NCBI GenBank assembly: GCA_951406725.2
Contig: OX597827.1
Coordinates: 52,018,001 to 52,082,000, forward strand
Length of the DNA stretch: 64,000 bases
Direction: 5' to 3'
DNA from: Octopus vulgaris
Lineage: Eukaryota
Numbering within the stretch: position 1 is the stretch's first letter; every line of letters begins with the position of its first letter. The position numbers and the translations under genes were made by a program. Of this stretch, positions 41,090 through 52,564 are shown in pieces. The notes under the pieces are model-generated. The model did not search any database and was not told where the DNA came from. It worked only from the letters and a program-made list of their open reading frames with translations.

Positions 41090-44000
41090 GTTGTCAAGAT
41101 CTCATGGTTAGGGGAATCAAGGAGATCCACGTTAAAATCACCAAGGACGATGGTCAGATGATTCCTTGGCAAAGATCTTATAAGATGATGCAGGCTGGTG
41201 AGGAAAAGAGCAACTGGTACGGAAGATCTGTAAATAGTGATGATATTGATTTTTGTTGACGAGAAGGTCACCCCGACAGCGGTATACTCTACGCTACTGA
41301 CATTCAAATGTATATCTGTAGGGGCGATCTCATGTTTGGCAACAGTTATCACCCCACCTCCACGCCCCAATGCAGCAGGCTTGTCTGCTCTAGTGATCTT
41401 CGACTGCGGTAGGATGGATGCTACTTGTTGATTCTGCTTCAATAACGTTTCCACGAAACAAAACACATCAACATTTTGAAGAGTGTTGTCCGCTTTCAAG
41501 TCTTGTTCATGTTCAAAGTAGGGCCTGATATTGAGCAGTCTGATCTGCAGTCATCCATGAGTAACTGTGGGAGCAGCAGAAGGCAAAGTTTCAGACAACG
41601 TTTGCTGTCGAAGCCTGTCCATTTCACGAACAACAGATGTACTTGTGCGGATTGCACTGACATCAAATCCAAGCAGGAAAAGGCCACTCAAGTGTCGGAC
41701 ACGACTCAAGGCAAAATACTCCTGGCCAGGCATGAAGGAACCTTTTCCTTGCATGGCAACAACAATCTTATCCATGATCTTGCCCTGGACTTTATGTATG
41801 GTGCAACCCCAGGCCAGTGAGAGAGGAAATTGCGAACGCTTTGCCTCCACAGATCGTCTACCCCTCCCGGTATAGAACTGAACATCCAGTCGTTTAATGG
41901 GAACTACTCCCGGGAATGACTTCTTGTACTGGTTGTCAGCGATGGCCTGCTTACCTACCCGTTCACTGTTAAATTTGACGAGGATTGTATGGACGTCACT
42001 ACCGGTGTTGTCGATCCCAACATCTGTGCCACAGATGCCATTTGCCAGACCGTCAGAGACGTCTATGTTGACAGGTATCATCACTCTAGCGCTAACTGCT
42101 ACAGACACTACTTCCCTGAGGCCGCCAGTGTCTGACGCCTCAGTGGAAATGGCAACATTAATAAGGCCAGTCTGGACGCCTTTCTTTTTAGTCGATAGCT
42201 TTGATGTCATAAATCGGATCAAGCAGCTTGAGGTGTTCTGTGTTGTGTTCATCAATCTCTTTGTTCGTCTTAAACATGTGAAGGGCGTTCGCTGGGTCGT
42301 CATTGTCTTCTTTCTTTGGCGATGACTCTGGTCTTAAACAGGGTTATATCATCTTCCGTGCAGGTAGCTGTCCTGACCCTCATCAATAATTGGGCAAAAC
42401 GTTGATTGTCCTTTTGTCGCTTGCTCTCTGTGAGTTCCATCAATTTGAAATTTTCCTCCCATAGAGATCCATGCAAGCGGGCGTAGTTGTCTCTCGGGAG
42501 GCCAAAGACGTGATTCTGGCCAACAGGTTGCAGTTGGTAGAGATCCCCAACGGCCATCACACTGACTCCTCCAAATCGGGAATCTGGGTCAGACTTCCCA
42601 CAGATGTATTGGAGTCGGCGATGGATGTAGTTGAGGAAGTCAGCTCCAACGAAGCGAACATGAAGCTCTGAGCGATTACCCGACACCTCTGGAGCTAGAT
42701 CGACATTTCTTAATTGATCTTCCTGTAGGAGCTCCTTTTCTTGTACAACACCTTCGTTTTCTTCTTCTGCATGTTGGAACTCCACATTTGGGGCCACAGC
42801 ATCCCAGGCATCCTCGGGAGGACTCATCCTTTTCAAATCGTCATAGGCTCTGTCCAGTTCATCAGCGTTAACACTGAACATGGCTTCGTTAGGATGGATA
42901 GTAGTATAAAAATAAGAACGTTCTCCTATTCTTAATAATATATTTTACTGACTATATTTTACATGCAGCGGCAATACACATAAGTTTGGAATGACAACAA
43001 GATTTCTTTTTAAGATATATACATTATTTATTTTACATATTTTACAATCATGTTTGATGTTGGAAGTTTGTAAGTGTTCGCATGTTTTTGTGTCTGTGTG
43101 TTCGTTAGGCGTAAAAAGGTACTGACCAGTGAAATGACGATGGGATTTGATTCACAGTTAATGTTGTTGGTATCGGCTTGGCAACAGGTAATAACAGATG
43201 GCTTAAGGTAGTTCTTAGAAGAAACTAGAACCCAAGAACAGATAATTGATTTACCGTTTATGAGGTACAGCGTAAGAGTTCTATATCAAGGTATTGCGTG
43301 TCGCAGTTGAGATTAATTGAATCACTCGTGTTTATCTTTCTCTTGATATGAACATACTTCCAGATGTGTTACTGTAGCCGTTTTTTCCATGGCGAGAATT
43401 TCACCTAACCGCTATAGCTGAATCTGTAGTTGTCTCGTGTACAAATTAAATCTTCGATGTTTGTCGATTGGTTCTTGCTGCTTCTTCATTATTTTCTGCT
43501 TGGTTATTTTTCTCTAGTTATAGATATCCTGTAACCGTTTTCTTCATGGTGATATTTCACACTAACAGTATAAGAGGTATCTGTAACATCTTGTATTAAT
43601 GGTGGTCGCCTGCCTCGAACTGGAACTTGGTCGAGTATGCTCTGTGTGGTCAGAGACTTAGCTCTTAAAAGAACTAAAAGCCTAAGATGAGCTCTGTGGT
43701 CAGAGGTTTAGCTCTGAGAAGAACTAAAAACCTAAGACGAATATTTTTCTGAGAAACCTTGTTTTATAAGCTTCACCAGGCTCCCAGTGAACTTCAGAAA
43801 TGGAAAGCTGTGATTGGCTGCTTGGACTATGGCGCGAAAATAAGTCGAGACATTTTGCGCCAAGTTATAACCAGCGGTGCGAGCGTAGTAGAGACCAACG
43901 TGTCAGCCAATCGAATTAGTGTTTACAACAATGTTAAACTAGCCAAAGCTGTTTGTAATCTCGACCGAGGTCATTCTTAATACTCTTCTCAAACAGTGAA

Positions 44001-46090
44001 GATAGCAATGAGAGACGATATTGCTACAGTAGCTTCGACGCTTTCGTAGTGTTCTTGGTAGATGGATAGTCAACTTTCAAATCAATTTCTTCATCTCGCC
44101 ATGGATAGTAAAGCATCAACAGGTTCCTGTATCTGCCTTCTCCTTCCTTCTTTTCTTTGTGGAACCTTATGATGCAGTGGCAGAGCGATAACTTTCGCGA
44201 GTTTGTCTGCAATTTCTTCGGTATCTGAGTTATTGCCACCACCTTCGATGTCATCACATCCGTGTAAAACATCAGGGACATGGTCAGCTGCATCATCAGG
44301 AGTATTTTTTCCCTCCAATTGTGTAAGTGGCTGAAAACTCTGCAAAGCACATATCTTCGAGGATATCAGGTAGCATGGCATAGCGGTCAAGGGGTGATAT
44401 ACAAAAGATATCTTCATCGTCTTCGTCCATACCTTGTAGGATCTTCTGCGACTTAAGCATGGATACACGTTTGTCTTTTGGTGCAGTGTTGATAAACACC
44501 ACTTTTCGACTGGCCCTCTTCAGTGGCAGAGAGAGGATCCTGTAAGCAGTCTCCTGAGCACTAACTTCCCTGTTGTTCAGAAAAACTGATCCTACTTTTC
44601 TCAGTTTTGATTTCAAGTCTTCACCTCTGCTTTCTTCAGTTACTTTTCTCAGCAGTTCACTCATAGTCCTCTCACTTTTCATCATGTAACTGGTGATGTA
44701 CATGATGCACGTGTATAGGTCCATGATGAACTGAAGGTCAATGTTGGCACGCCAGGTTTTGCTGATCTTCGGATTATACTGGTTGATCCACCTTTCTGAA
44801 GGTTGACGCTTCAATACCACCTATTTCCCCGATTTCACTAGTTTCACCACACCCTGGTATTCCTGCAGGTTGACATCAGCCTTTTGCAGGAAATCTTCGA
44901 AGGAAGTATCCTCGGGAACGTCCTTGTCTTCCATGACATCGCTGACTTTTTTGAAGATATCCGCTTTAGCGTTGAGTATGAGCTTTGCAACCATAAAGTC
45001 ATCTACGTCAGGCTGGCGAGCAATCACGGTTTCAGAAGAGGGTTAATGAGGGAAATGGAATCTGCATGATCCACCTCTTTGGCATGTTGCTGAGTGCACA
45101 TGCTTCTGAAGAGAGAGAACGACCTGTCTCAAATCGCTCTCTTCTTCCCCTGGAATGACACACGTCTAGTACTGGTCAATGAATGTCGCGATTTCTTCAT
45201 CAATATTCACATCAAGTTTCGACGCATCTTTTATCCATAAAATGGTGTGCGCGTGTAGACAACTTCTTGCCTGAAACTCCATGCGTATCATGTAATCTAC
45301 TAGCACGCCAATGGGATGTGCCCTTCCACCGATGAACTCTTTGAAGAATATGTCCAATCTGTGTTTGAATTGTCGGGCTGCTGTAACTGGGTTGCATCTG
45401 AGCCAGTTGTACTTTTGCTCCCACGGCATTTTCTTGATGTCATCAGCTGTCAGCTCTTTTCCATACTGATGAGCTATACTCTTGATGACTTCTGGCCACT
45501 GCATGTCAGCTGCTGACAGGGTAAGGAACCACGTGGGAATTTCAAGTTGCCGCACCATGGCAAGCAAATCTAGCAATACAGTATTCCAGTATGCAGGAGA
45601 ACCTCGAATGTCCTTCATGAACTTGAAAGCGGCGTCGGTGCGAAGCATAGCCGGAACATTTTCAGTGATCTTCATAAGTCCTGCATTTACCTTTCTATTT
45701 TGAAAACGTCTGTCCTCGTGTCTGCCTCAGAGATATTTGAATATCATCGCGGACCTGCTTGGCTTCTATAGCATACTGGGCTGCAAGAAGGTAGTCAATA
45801 TTGCTGGCAACTCTCCCGTCTTTGTTCAGTAGCCGCTGATTGAAGTATTTTCCTGGCGTTATCTTCTTTTCTCTCTCCTCAGACAGTCCTCCACGCCCAA
45901 GAGGATACTTGGAAGAATATGCCAGCTCTTCAACGTTTCTGTCTGTGAGTAAAGGGCAGGACTTTTGGTTTTCCTCGCAGAAAACGTGGTAGCACCGTCA
46001 GCTACCTGTTCTTCTTGCAGCAATGTGTCATATGGAATGCCTCGCAGTTTGCTTGTCTGCTCAAGTGAATCCTGTCTTCCTCATCTTCCA
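41090..46090 (-). mobile_element. Helentron (Helitron with Rep, Pif1 helicase and AP endonuclease), degenerate and interrupted
   Basis: Rep: IRGSPAYW, PTWFLTLS, EFQAR..LHAH, YITSYMMK. Helicase: GDLYQLQPV, QFPLSLAWGCTIHKVQG, YFALSRV. Endonuclease: DVFCFVET, IVLGDFN. Confidence 0.93.
42891..44020. mobile_element. Unclassified ~1.1-kb insertion splitting the Helentron
   Basis: The Helentron reading ...YESVEATVA resumes as NEAMFSVNA... across it; composition shifts to AT-rich. Confidence 0.6.
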
Positions 46091-46622
46091 GCACTTGCTT
46101 TACATATATATATATCTTTGTTTTTCTTTTTCTTTCTTTCCTTTATTCCTCTCTTCCCGTTTCTTATTTTTTTCATTATTTTATTATTTTCTTCTTACTT
46201 TCTTCTTCTCTTCCTGTTTTCGATTTGACCCTACTAATACACTCCCTATTTTTAGGTCACTTTAAATAAAACCCTTGATTCAATAACACTGGGTATAAAT
46301 TCTATACTTGGAATGACCAATTTTAAATACTATTGGATTTTACTCATAAGGTATTGGAATCTTATCTGTATACCATTCTGCCTAAAAAAATGGATCTACA
46401 AATACAATATCCTTACACATCTCACATCTATTTTCTCTCCTCCACCTCACTCTCTATTTTGTATCTTACCTAAATTAACTATTACTTAACCATCCTCTCA
46501 CACCGTCTCAAATGAAAGGATAAATATCCTGGAAACAGCTGTAAGACCTTCTATCTATAAATGTTCTAAAATCTACACAGCCTTGGTTTTTTATCTCATT
46601 ACAAAAAACAAAATTTTATATA
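46090..46622 (+). mobile_element. PLE-like terminal repeat remnant with a degenerate hammerhead (46505-46548)
   Basis: gtct-caaatga-a-aggata aa tatcct-g-gaaa-cagctg-ta-agac. Confidence 0.5.
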
Positions 46623-46623
46623 T

Positions 46624-47600
46624 ATTTCATTTCATTTCATTTCATTTGAGTTTGAGTCCATGCTCAGGCCAAGTCGAAGACTCCACCCTCAGAGTCTGGT
46701 GTGGTTGCCAGGTTGTATTCTCTGTTTAATTTTGACATGTGTAGGAGTGAGTTTGAGTCAGTTTGTGCTCGTTGTGTATATCCTGGGAGATGAGGCTCAT
46801 CTCTAATGGTGCTTAAGTATCTATCCAGCTGCAATTTGAATGATTCCACACTGCATCCTGATAGATTTCTGACATGTACCGGAATGGAGTTGAATAGTTG
46901 TGCTCCTCGAACCAACAGACTTGACTCTCGCAGGGTTTTTGCTGCCTGGCCAGCCTTTTTGTTGATTAGTGGTAGCTGGCAGCGTCGTCCGTGGCGCAGT
47001 GAGTGGTAGGTTTTGATACCAAAGTTTGACACCTTTTGCTCTATCATTTTCCAAATGTATATAATTCGGTATCGCTCAAATCTTCTTTCTATTGAGTACA
47101 TCTTCAAGGTTTTGAGTCTTTGCCAATAGTCCAGGTCCCTCGTTTCTGAGAAGTATGAGGTAAAATTTCTTTGGAGCGATTCCATCTTAGATAGTTGGCC
47201 CTTTGTTGTTGGTGACCACAACTGAGAACAGTAGTCAATCCTCGGAAGTATCATACTGTTCCAGAGGGTTTTCAATGTTGAGGTATCTCTTGATTTGAAG
47301 GTGCGCAAGATCCACCCGCTGTACTTTCTTGCAGTAAGACAGACTGAGTCAAGGTGTTCTCTGAATTTTAGGCTGGTTCCCATGTGGATGCCTAAATCTT
47401 TCACATACTGTTTTTCCATTATTTGTTGTCCTGATGGGTTTCTGTAGTTTGTTGTATTTTTCAGATCTTGATCTGTTCCGTAGCGAATTAGTTCAAACTT
47501 CTTATCATTGAACAACATGTTGTTTGTTTCCTGCCATTTATATATGGTGGTCAGGTCCTTTTGTAAGGCCTCTGTATCCACCTCGTCTTTGATTATATTA
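46624..47600 (-). mobile_element. 5'-truncated CR1/L2-group LINE with an open ORF2 C-terminus and a (TGAAA)n tail
   Basis: 313-aa ORF with LQKDL..IYKW...NNMLFN..K, KDLGI and PRIDYCSQLWSP; tail at 46624-46648. Confidence 0.9.
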
Positions 47601-49990
47601 TACAATGTATGTATATAACCTCATATATACACATGCATATTTATATACATCAATGCATATGCATACATATATGTGTGTATGCATGTGTGTGTGTGTCTGT
47701 CTGTACCTGAGTGCATGTTTGTGTATGTGTGTGAATGTGCATGTACACATGTTTGTTTACATTTCTTAGTTCGATGAAATCAGTGTTGTTGAACAATGTC
47801 CTAAATATATATATATGTTATGTGAACAATAATATTTTCAAAACAAAAGAATTTAAAACTTAATAGTCAGAATAATTACAAAGTTGAAAGAGAATAGTAA
47901 AAAGGGCAAAGGACTTTATTTTCAATGTATAAGAAATTCAATTAACTTAAATTGCAAAATATTCATCAGCCAATTTGGAAGTACCTATAACTATGGTTCT
48001 TGCAATGCTTAATCCACATACCATAATGAATTAGTACAGAATCAAATTGTCTTATTAAGTTAAAAATCATGAATGTTTAAAAAGTTGTTGTCTTGATCAG
48101 ATGTGCAAAGGACAATTTTAGGTTGATAACATGTGTGACAGAAAAATGTTAGGCATATGTCTGGTACACTTATACAAGTGGAGAAGTATACTAGAAATGC
48201 AAGATAATAAAGGAGGTAACCCTAACCCTAACCTTTCTCCTTTGAAATGGTGGAAGTGAGGGTGATGGTTGTTAATCATAACACACAGGTCAATACAATA
48301 TCACTGGCAGGTACCTCCGATGAAATTCATGTTGTTTCTATCAACTCAAGCCAGACTCATGGTTTCCCCACATTTTATTCTTATGCAGCAACTGACCAAC
48401 AGAAGTTCAGACTGAAACATCACCACATTAGTCTCACCAGTCTGATTTGGGTCTGAAATGATTATGGCCACTACTTCTTTCTTGATTTAACCTAAAAGCA
48501 AAGAGCGGGTTGTTGGCAGAGGAAAAGATTGTTCCTTATGAGGATAGAATACGTGATTGTATGTTTCCACAGGCAGAGGTAGATCATCATAAACATGGAA
48601 AAATTTAAAAGTTTAGTGAGGATAAGGGCTGGCCTAGTAGTACACTGTCTGAGGATAGTGAAAGGATTTGTTGCTTAAGCCTAAAATGCTATGTAACATA
48701 CACATCATCATCATCGTTTAATGTCTGCCTTCCATGCCGATCTACTTCAATTACATTTCCATATACTTATGTCATCTGCTCAAAAAACAACTGACAAATG
48801 GTCTTGTTCTCAGTTAGGAAAATGGCAAAATACATTATTTCAACCAGGAAACCCTGAGTAGCTGTATTTAACAAGATTTCTGGTCTTTTATTATAATATG
48901 AACAGGTTGCGGTCTTAAAGCGACGAAAATATTTTGACAAATTAAACTTAAATGTTGAAGTGAATCGAACAGCTTTTGTGTGTTTCTTAAATGGCTTACA
49001 AACACCTTCCATGCTGCAATTGTTTTTGTTTCAGCACACGATCTCAGATCGAATCACTTGCTATGCAAGTACATCTCCGTAATATCTTTACTCTCTTAGC
49101 TGATTGAGTGCTTTTCTACTTGTTGAAGCCTTAACAAATAATACTATACATATGAAGCCCCTACAAATCCCAATACAGTCACCAACTTCATCCTAGGCAT
49201 CACTATTGTAAATACCACAGTATTGTTAATAATTCAATGCCAAATCCAGTAATAATAATTGTAAATAAACTTGTTTCACAACTTTGTGGTTTGGAGTTCC
49301 ATCTCACCACATGATGCCTTGAGTGTCTTCCATCATAACTTCATATTAACTAAAATATTGCAAGTGAAATTTAGTATAGGGAAACTGTGCAAAAACCCAT
49401 CAAAAGGATCATTCTTGTTTTGCAATTGTAGACTTAATCTGTCACTCAGTTTAACTGCACCACAAAGCCCAGAGATGCTTTTAGTAGAGTCCACTCACAT
49501 GCAATTTTTTCAAGCCAAATACCTAGTCTGAGAATAGCTTATTCCTATCAGTCTCAAAGGCCCTGAAGGTGATTGGTACAATCCTTCCTCTTCCAACTAA
49601 ATCATAATTTTTTTTATAAAAAGGAGACATGTTCTAAACACCATTCTTTACAGCCACATAACCAAACACTGCATTGTATATAAACTGATATTCAATATAT
49701 CAATGATAGAAGTCCTGCCAGCTACTCCTAACAGCTGATCAGCCACTTCTCCATACCATAGATTTATTTGAGCAGAGGTAACCGATATTACTTAGTGTCA
49801 CGTTCTAACTGCCATACTGCACATTATTAACATACCCTGACTGTCACATTGCATGTCCCACAACCAACCACTGTGTATGGTGTGGTCCAGACTAGATTGA
49901 AGTATGTCTAGTTGAAAGGGTATGTAAGCTGCTGTCAAGTATTTCATAGGTTACCTCAACAGGTAGTTACTTAGAAGCAACTGGCTGGAG

Positions 49991-51340
49991 TTAGTGAATA
50001 ACAGCACCTGGATCAACAACATTAGTTTCTAGATCAATATCATTTGTAATCATATTGGTAACAGTAGCTGGATCACATACATTTACCTGTAGGTTGGTGA
50101 TGTTGGTATCTGAATCAGTGATGCTGGGACTAGGATTGATGATATTTGTATCAGGATCAGAGACACCAACTTCTTGATGAGTAATACTTGATTCTGATCC
50201 AGTAACATTTTCACTCGGATCAGTTGGATTATCAACAGGATTGACGACATCAACAACTGGGACAGTGAGATTGGTCACAATGGAATCTTGATTCACATCA
50301 TTGTCATTAGAAGTAGTAACAGTAACATGTGGAGCAGTGACATTAATACATGAATCAGCAACTGAGAAATTTAGGTTTTTGATTGAGTCACACGGATCAA
50401 TAACACCTGGATGAGTAATTGAGGTGCCAAGATCAGTAACATCTGCATGAGTGACAGCAATACCTAAGTTTGTAACTGGGACACAGAGATCAGTGATTGG
50501 GAGGTTGAGGTTATTAATAACAACACCTAGATCAGTCACAGTGACACCAGAGTTCGTAATAGTGACACTTGATGCTTCACTGACTGGCACATCCAAACCA
50601 GAGATAACAACACCAAGATTATTTACAGCAGCAGTTGAATCTATAACACTTGTTACAGCATTTGAATCCCTGACCGGAACACTTGTATTATTAATATTAG
50701 AAACATCTGGATCAGAGGTAGCACAGTTCATGTCATCAGTTTGAGTATCTGGGTTTGAGATAACAATTGGATTAGTATCAGAGTTCTCTGCACTCACATC
50801 CATCATTGTAACACCAGGCTGAGTGACAGTAGAAAGAGATGGTAGATAGCTAGATGGTGAATGATTCTCTTCAAATTGGTCAGAGACAGGAACAGGATTC
50901 TCAGGAGACAGCATCCAGGAAGAGGAAGTTGAGAGAGGTTCAGTAGTTGAAAGTTTTACACCAAGTGTTGACTGAACACTTGGTGATGAAGATTTGGTAT
51001 CACTGCAGCAGGTCCAAGAGAGTGTCTCATTGACAGTATCAACAGCAACATTTGACTCACAAGTGGTTTGTACCCTTGGTGACTTAAGTTTGGACAAATG
51101 AGTGTCACAGAGTAACTTTAGTTCTTCCATCTCCAAACAGACAGCAACTGTTCGCAACTGAGTCAAGATCTGTGGGTCAACATCTAGAATACCATTATAC
51201 ATGTAATCAGCAAAAGCATCCAGAGCAAGCTGGCTGATCCTTTTAGGGAAATTGACCCGCAGGAATTGACTTGAGGATATATCAGCACTTGGCATGGAAA
51301 GCAGTTTGGGACACATTGCCAACAAGACCACCTTGTGAAC
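49991..51340 (-). CDS. Coding exon 6, BTB core (VHKVVLLAMC...FADYMYNG...LEMEELKLLC) plus T/V/D/N-rich repeat tail
   Basis: ORF 49991..51331 (446 aa, uninterrupted); HKxVL and YMYxG BTB motifs; acceptor ttttcctag. Confidence 0.9.
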   Translation of the reverse strand, partial: VHKVVLLAMCPKLLSMPSADISSSQFLRVNFPKRISQLALDAFADYMYNGILDVDPQILTQLRTVAVCLEMEELKLLCDTHLSKLKSPRVQTTCESNVAVDTVNETLSWTCCSDTKSSSPSVQSTLGVKLSTTEPLSTSSSWMLSPENPVPVSDQFEENHSPSSYLPSLSTVTQPGVTMMDVSAENSDTNPIVISNPDTQTDDMNCATSDPDVSNINNTSVPVRDSNAVTSVIDSTAAVNNLGVVISGLDVPVSEASSVTITNSGVTVTDLGVVINNLNLPITDLCVPVTNLGIAVTHADVTDLGTSITHPGVIDPCDSIKNLNFSVADSCINVTAPHVTVTTSNDNDVNQDSIVTNLTVPVVDVVNPVDNPTDPSENVTGSESSITHQEVGVSDPDTNIINPSPSITDSDTNITNLQVNVCDPATVTNMITNDIDLETNVVDPGAVIH

Positions 51341-52523
51341 CTAGGAAAACAAAAAAATGAAGAAAAGTAAATATGCATATACACATGTTCTTTAGTTTGT
51401 TTTAGCCATCATGGCCAAGGCTATGCTGGCTCTAAAATGTATATAAAATATAGAGAGAGAAAGGGAGGATGTGCATATTGCATGCATGACAGAGTTAGGA
51501 ACAAGCCCCAAATAATTATTTGCTATTTAATCAGGAAGAAAAAACATAAAAGAAGCCTGTTGAGAACTGGAAACTACATAATAAAATTTCAAGGATTCCA
51601 ACATCTGTAGATAATACTCTGGTGCTATTTGATGAAGGTTTTGCTATTTCTAACATGTAAGCAAGTTGATACTCCCTTGTTGACTCAACTTTGTGCAACA
51701 AGATTCAAAGATGCCAGTATAATAAACCTGTATACAAACATATAATATGTAGTTCCAGATTCATTGACCGGGATGGTCATGGCTCAAATGATTTTAATCA
51801 TAGATCTCCTTAGTCTTAATGGAGCAATTGCATTTTTATAAAGCAATAGCAGTATCGCCCGGCGTTGCTCGGGTTTGTAAGGGAAATAACTATATAAGCA
51901 TTTTTAGAGAGTTACTTCCCTTATATAAACCGAGCAAAAAATGCATTAAAAAAAACGAAAAAACGATGGTAAATTTTTTTTTTAATTGTAGACTCATCGT
52001 AGACGCGCGCTAATACTCAGAAGGGCTCAATATGAATCACAATTATAAGATACCCGCTTTTGGTTAAACTGCACTGCAAAATGTGGGAGTAGTTAGGAAT
52101 CTAAATCGGAGGAGACAGACTCTCACACAACTTCAGTTTTATATATAAAGATATGTGAACTGCACTCTGCAAAACCAGATAAATATATCAGAGACCATCA
52201 TGAATGCAAAAATGTCATTATACTCACCACTCCAATCTTCATATTGCCAACTTACCATTATTGTAGCATTCTCATTACCAATGCCGGCATCACAGAATTT
52301 GCCATCTTTCCAAAGCAATGCAAGGTTGTGCAACATACTGCGTGGATGACTTGCAACAATGTACACCTTCTTCAGTCGTTGTGGCTGCTCATTTCTATCA
52401 TCACTGCAAATATTGGGTGTTTTTTCTTTAATAATATATTTATGGTTGTACAAGAATATAAGTGTGAAAAAGCATAGTGTGTGCTGAATTACGTATGATT
52501 TCAATAGCTAGGGTGCACACACC

Positions 52524-52564
<41 letters not shown>

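Noticed and set aside
48217-48234. Telomeric repeat
   Set aside because: Only about three units, too short to interpret.
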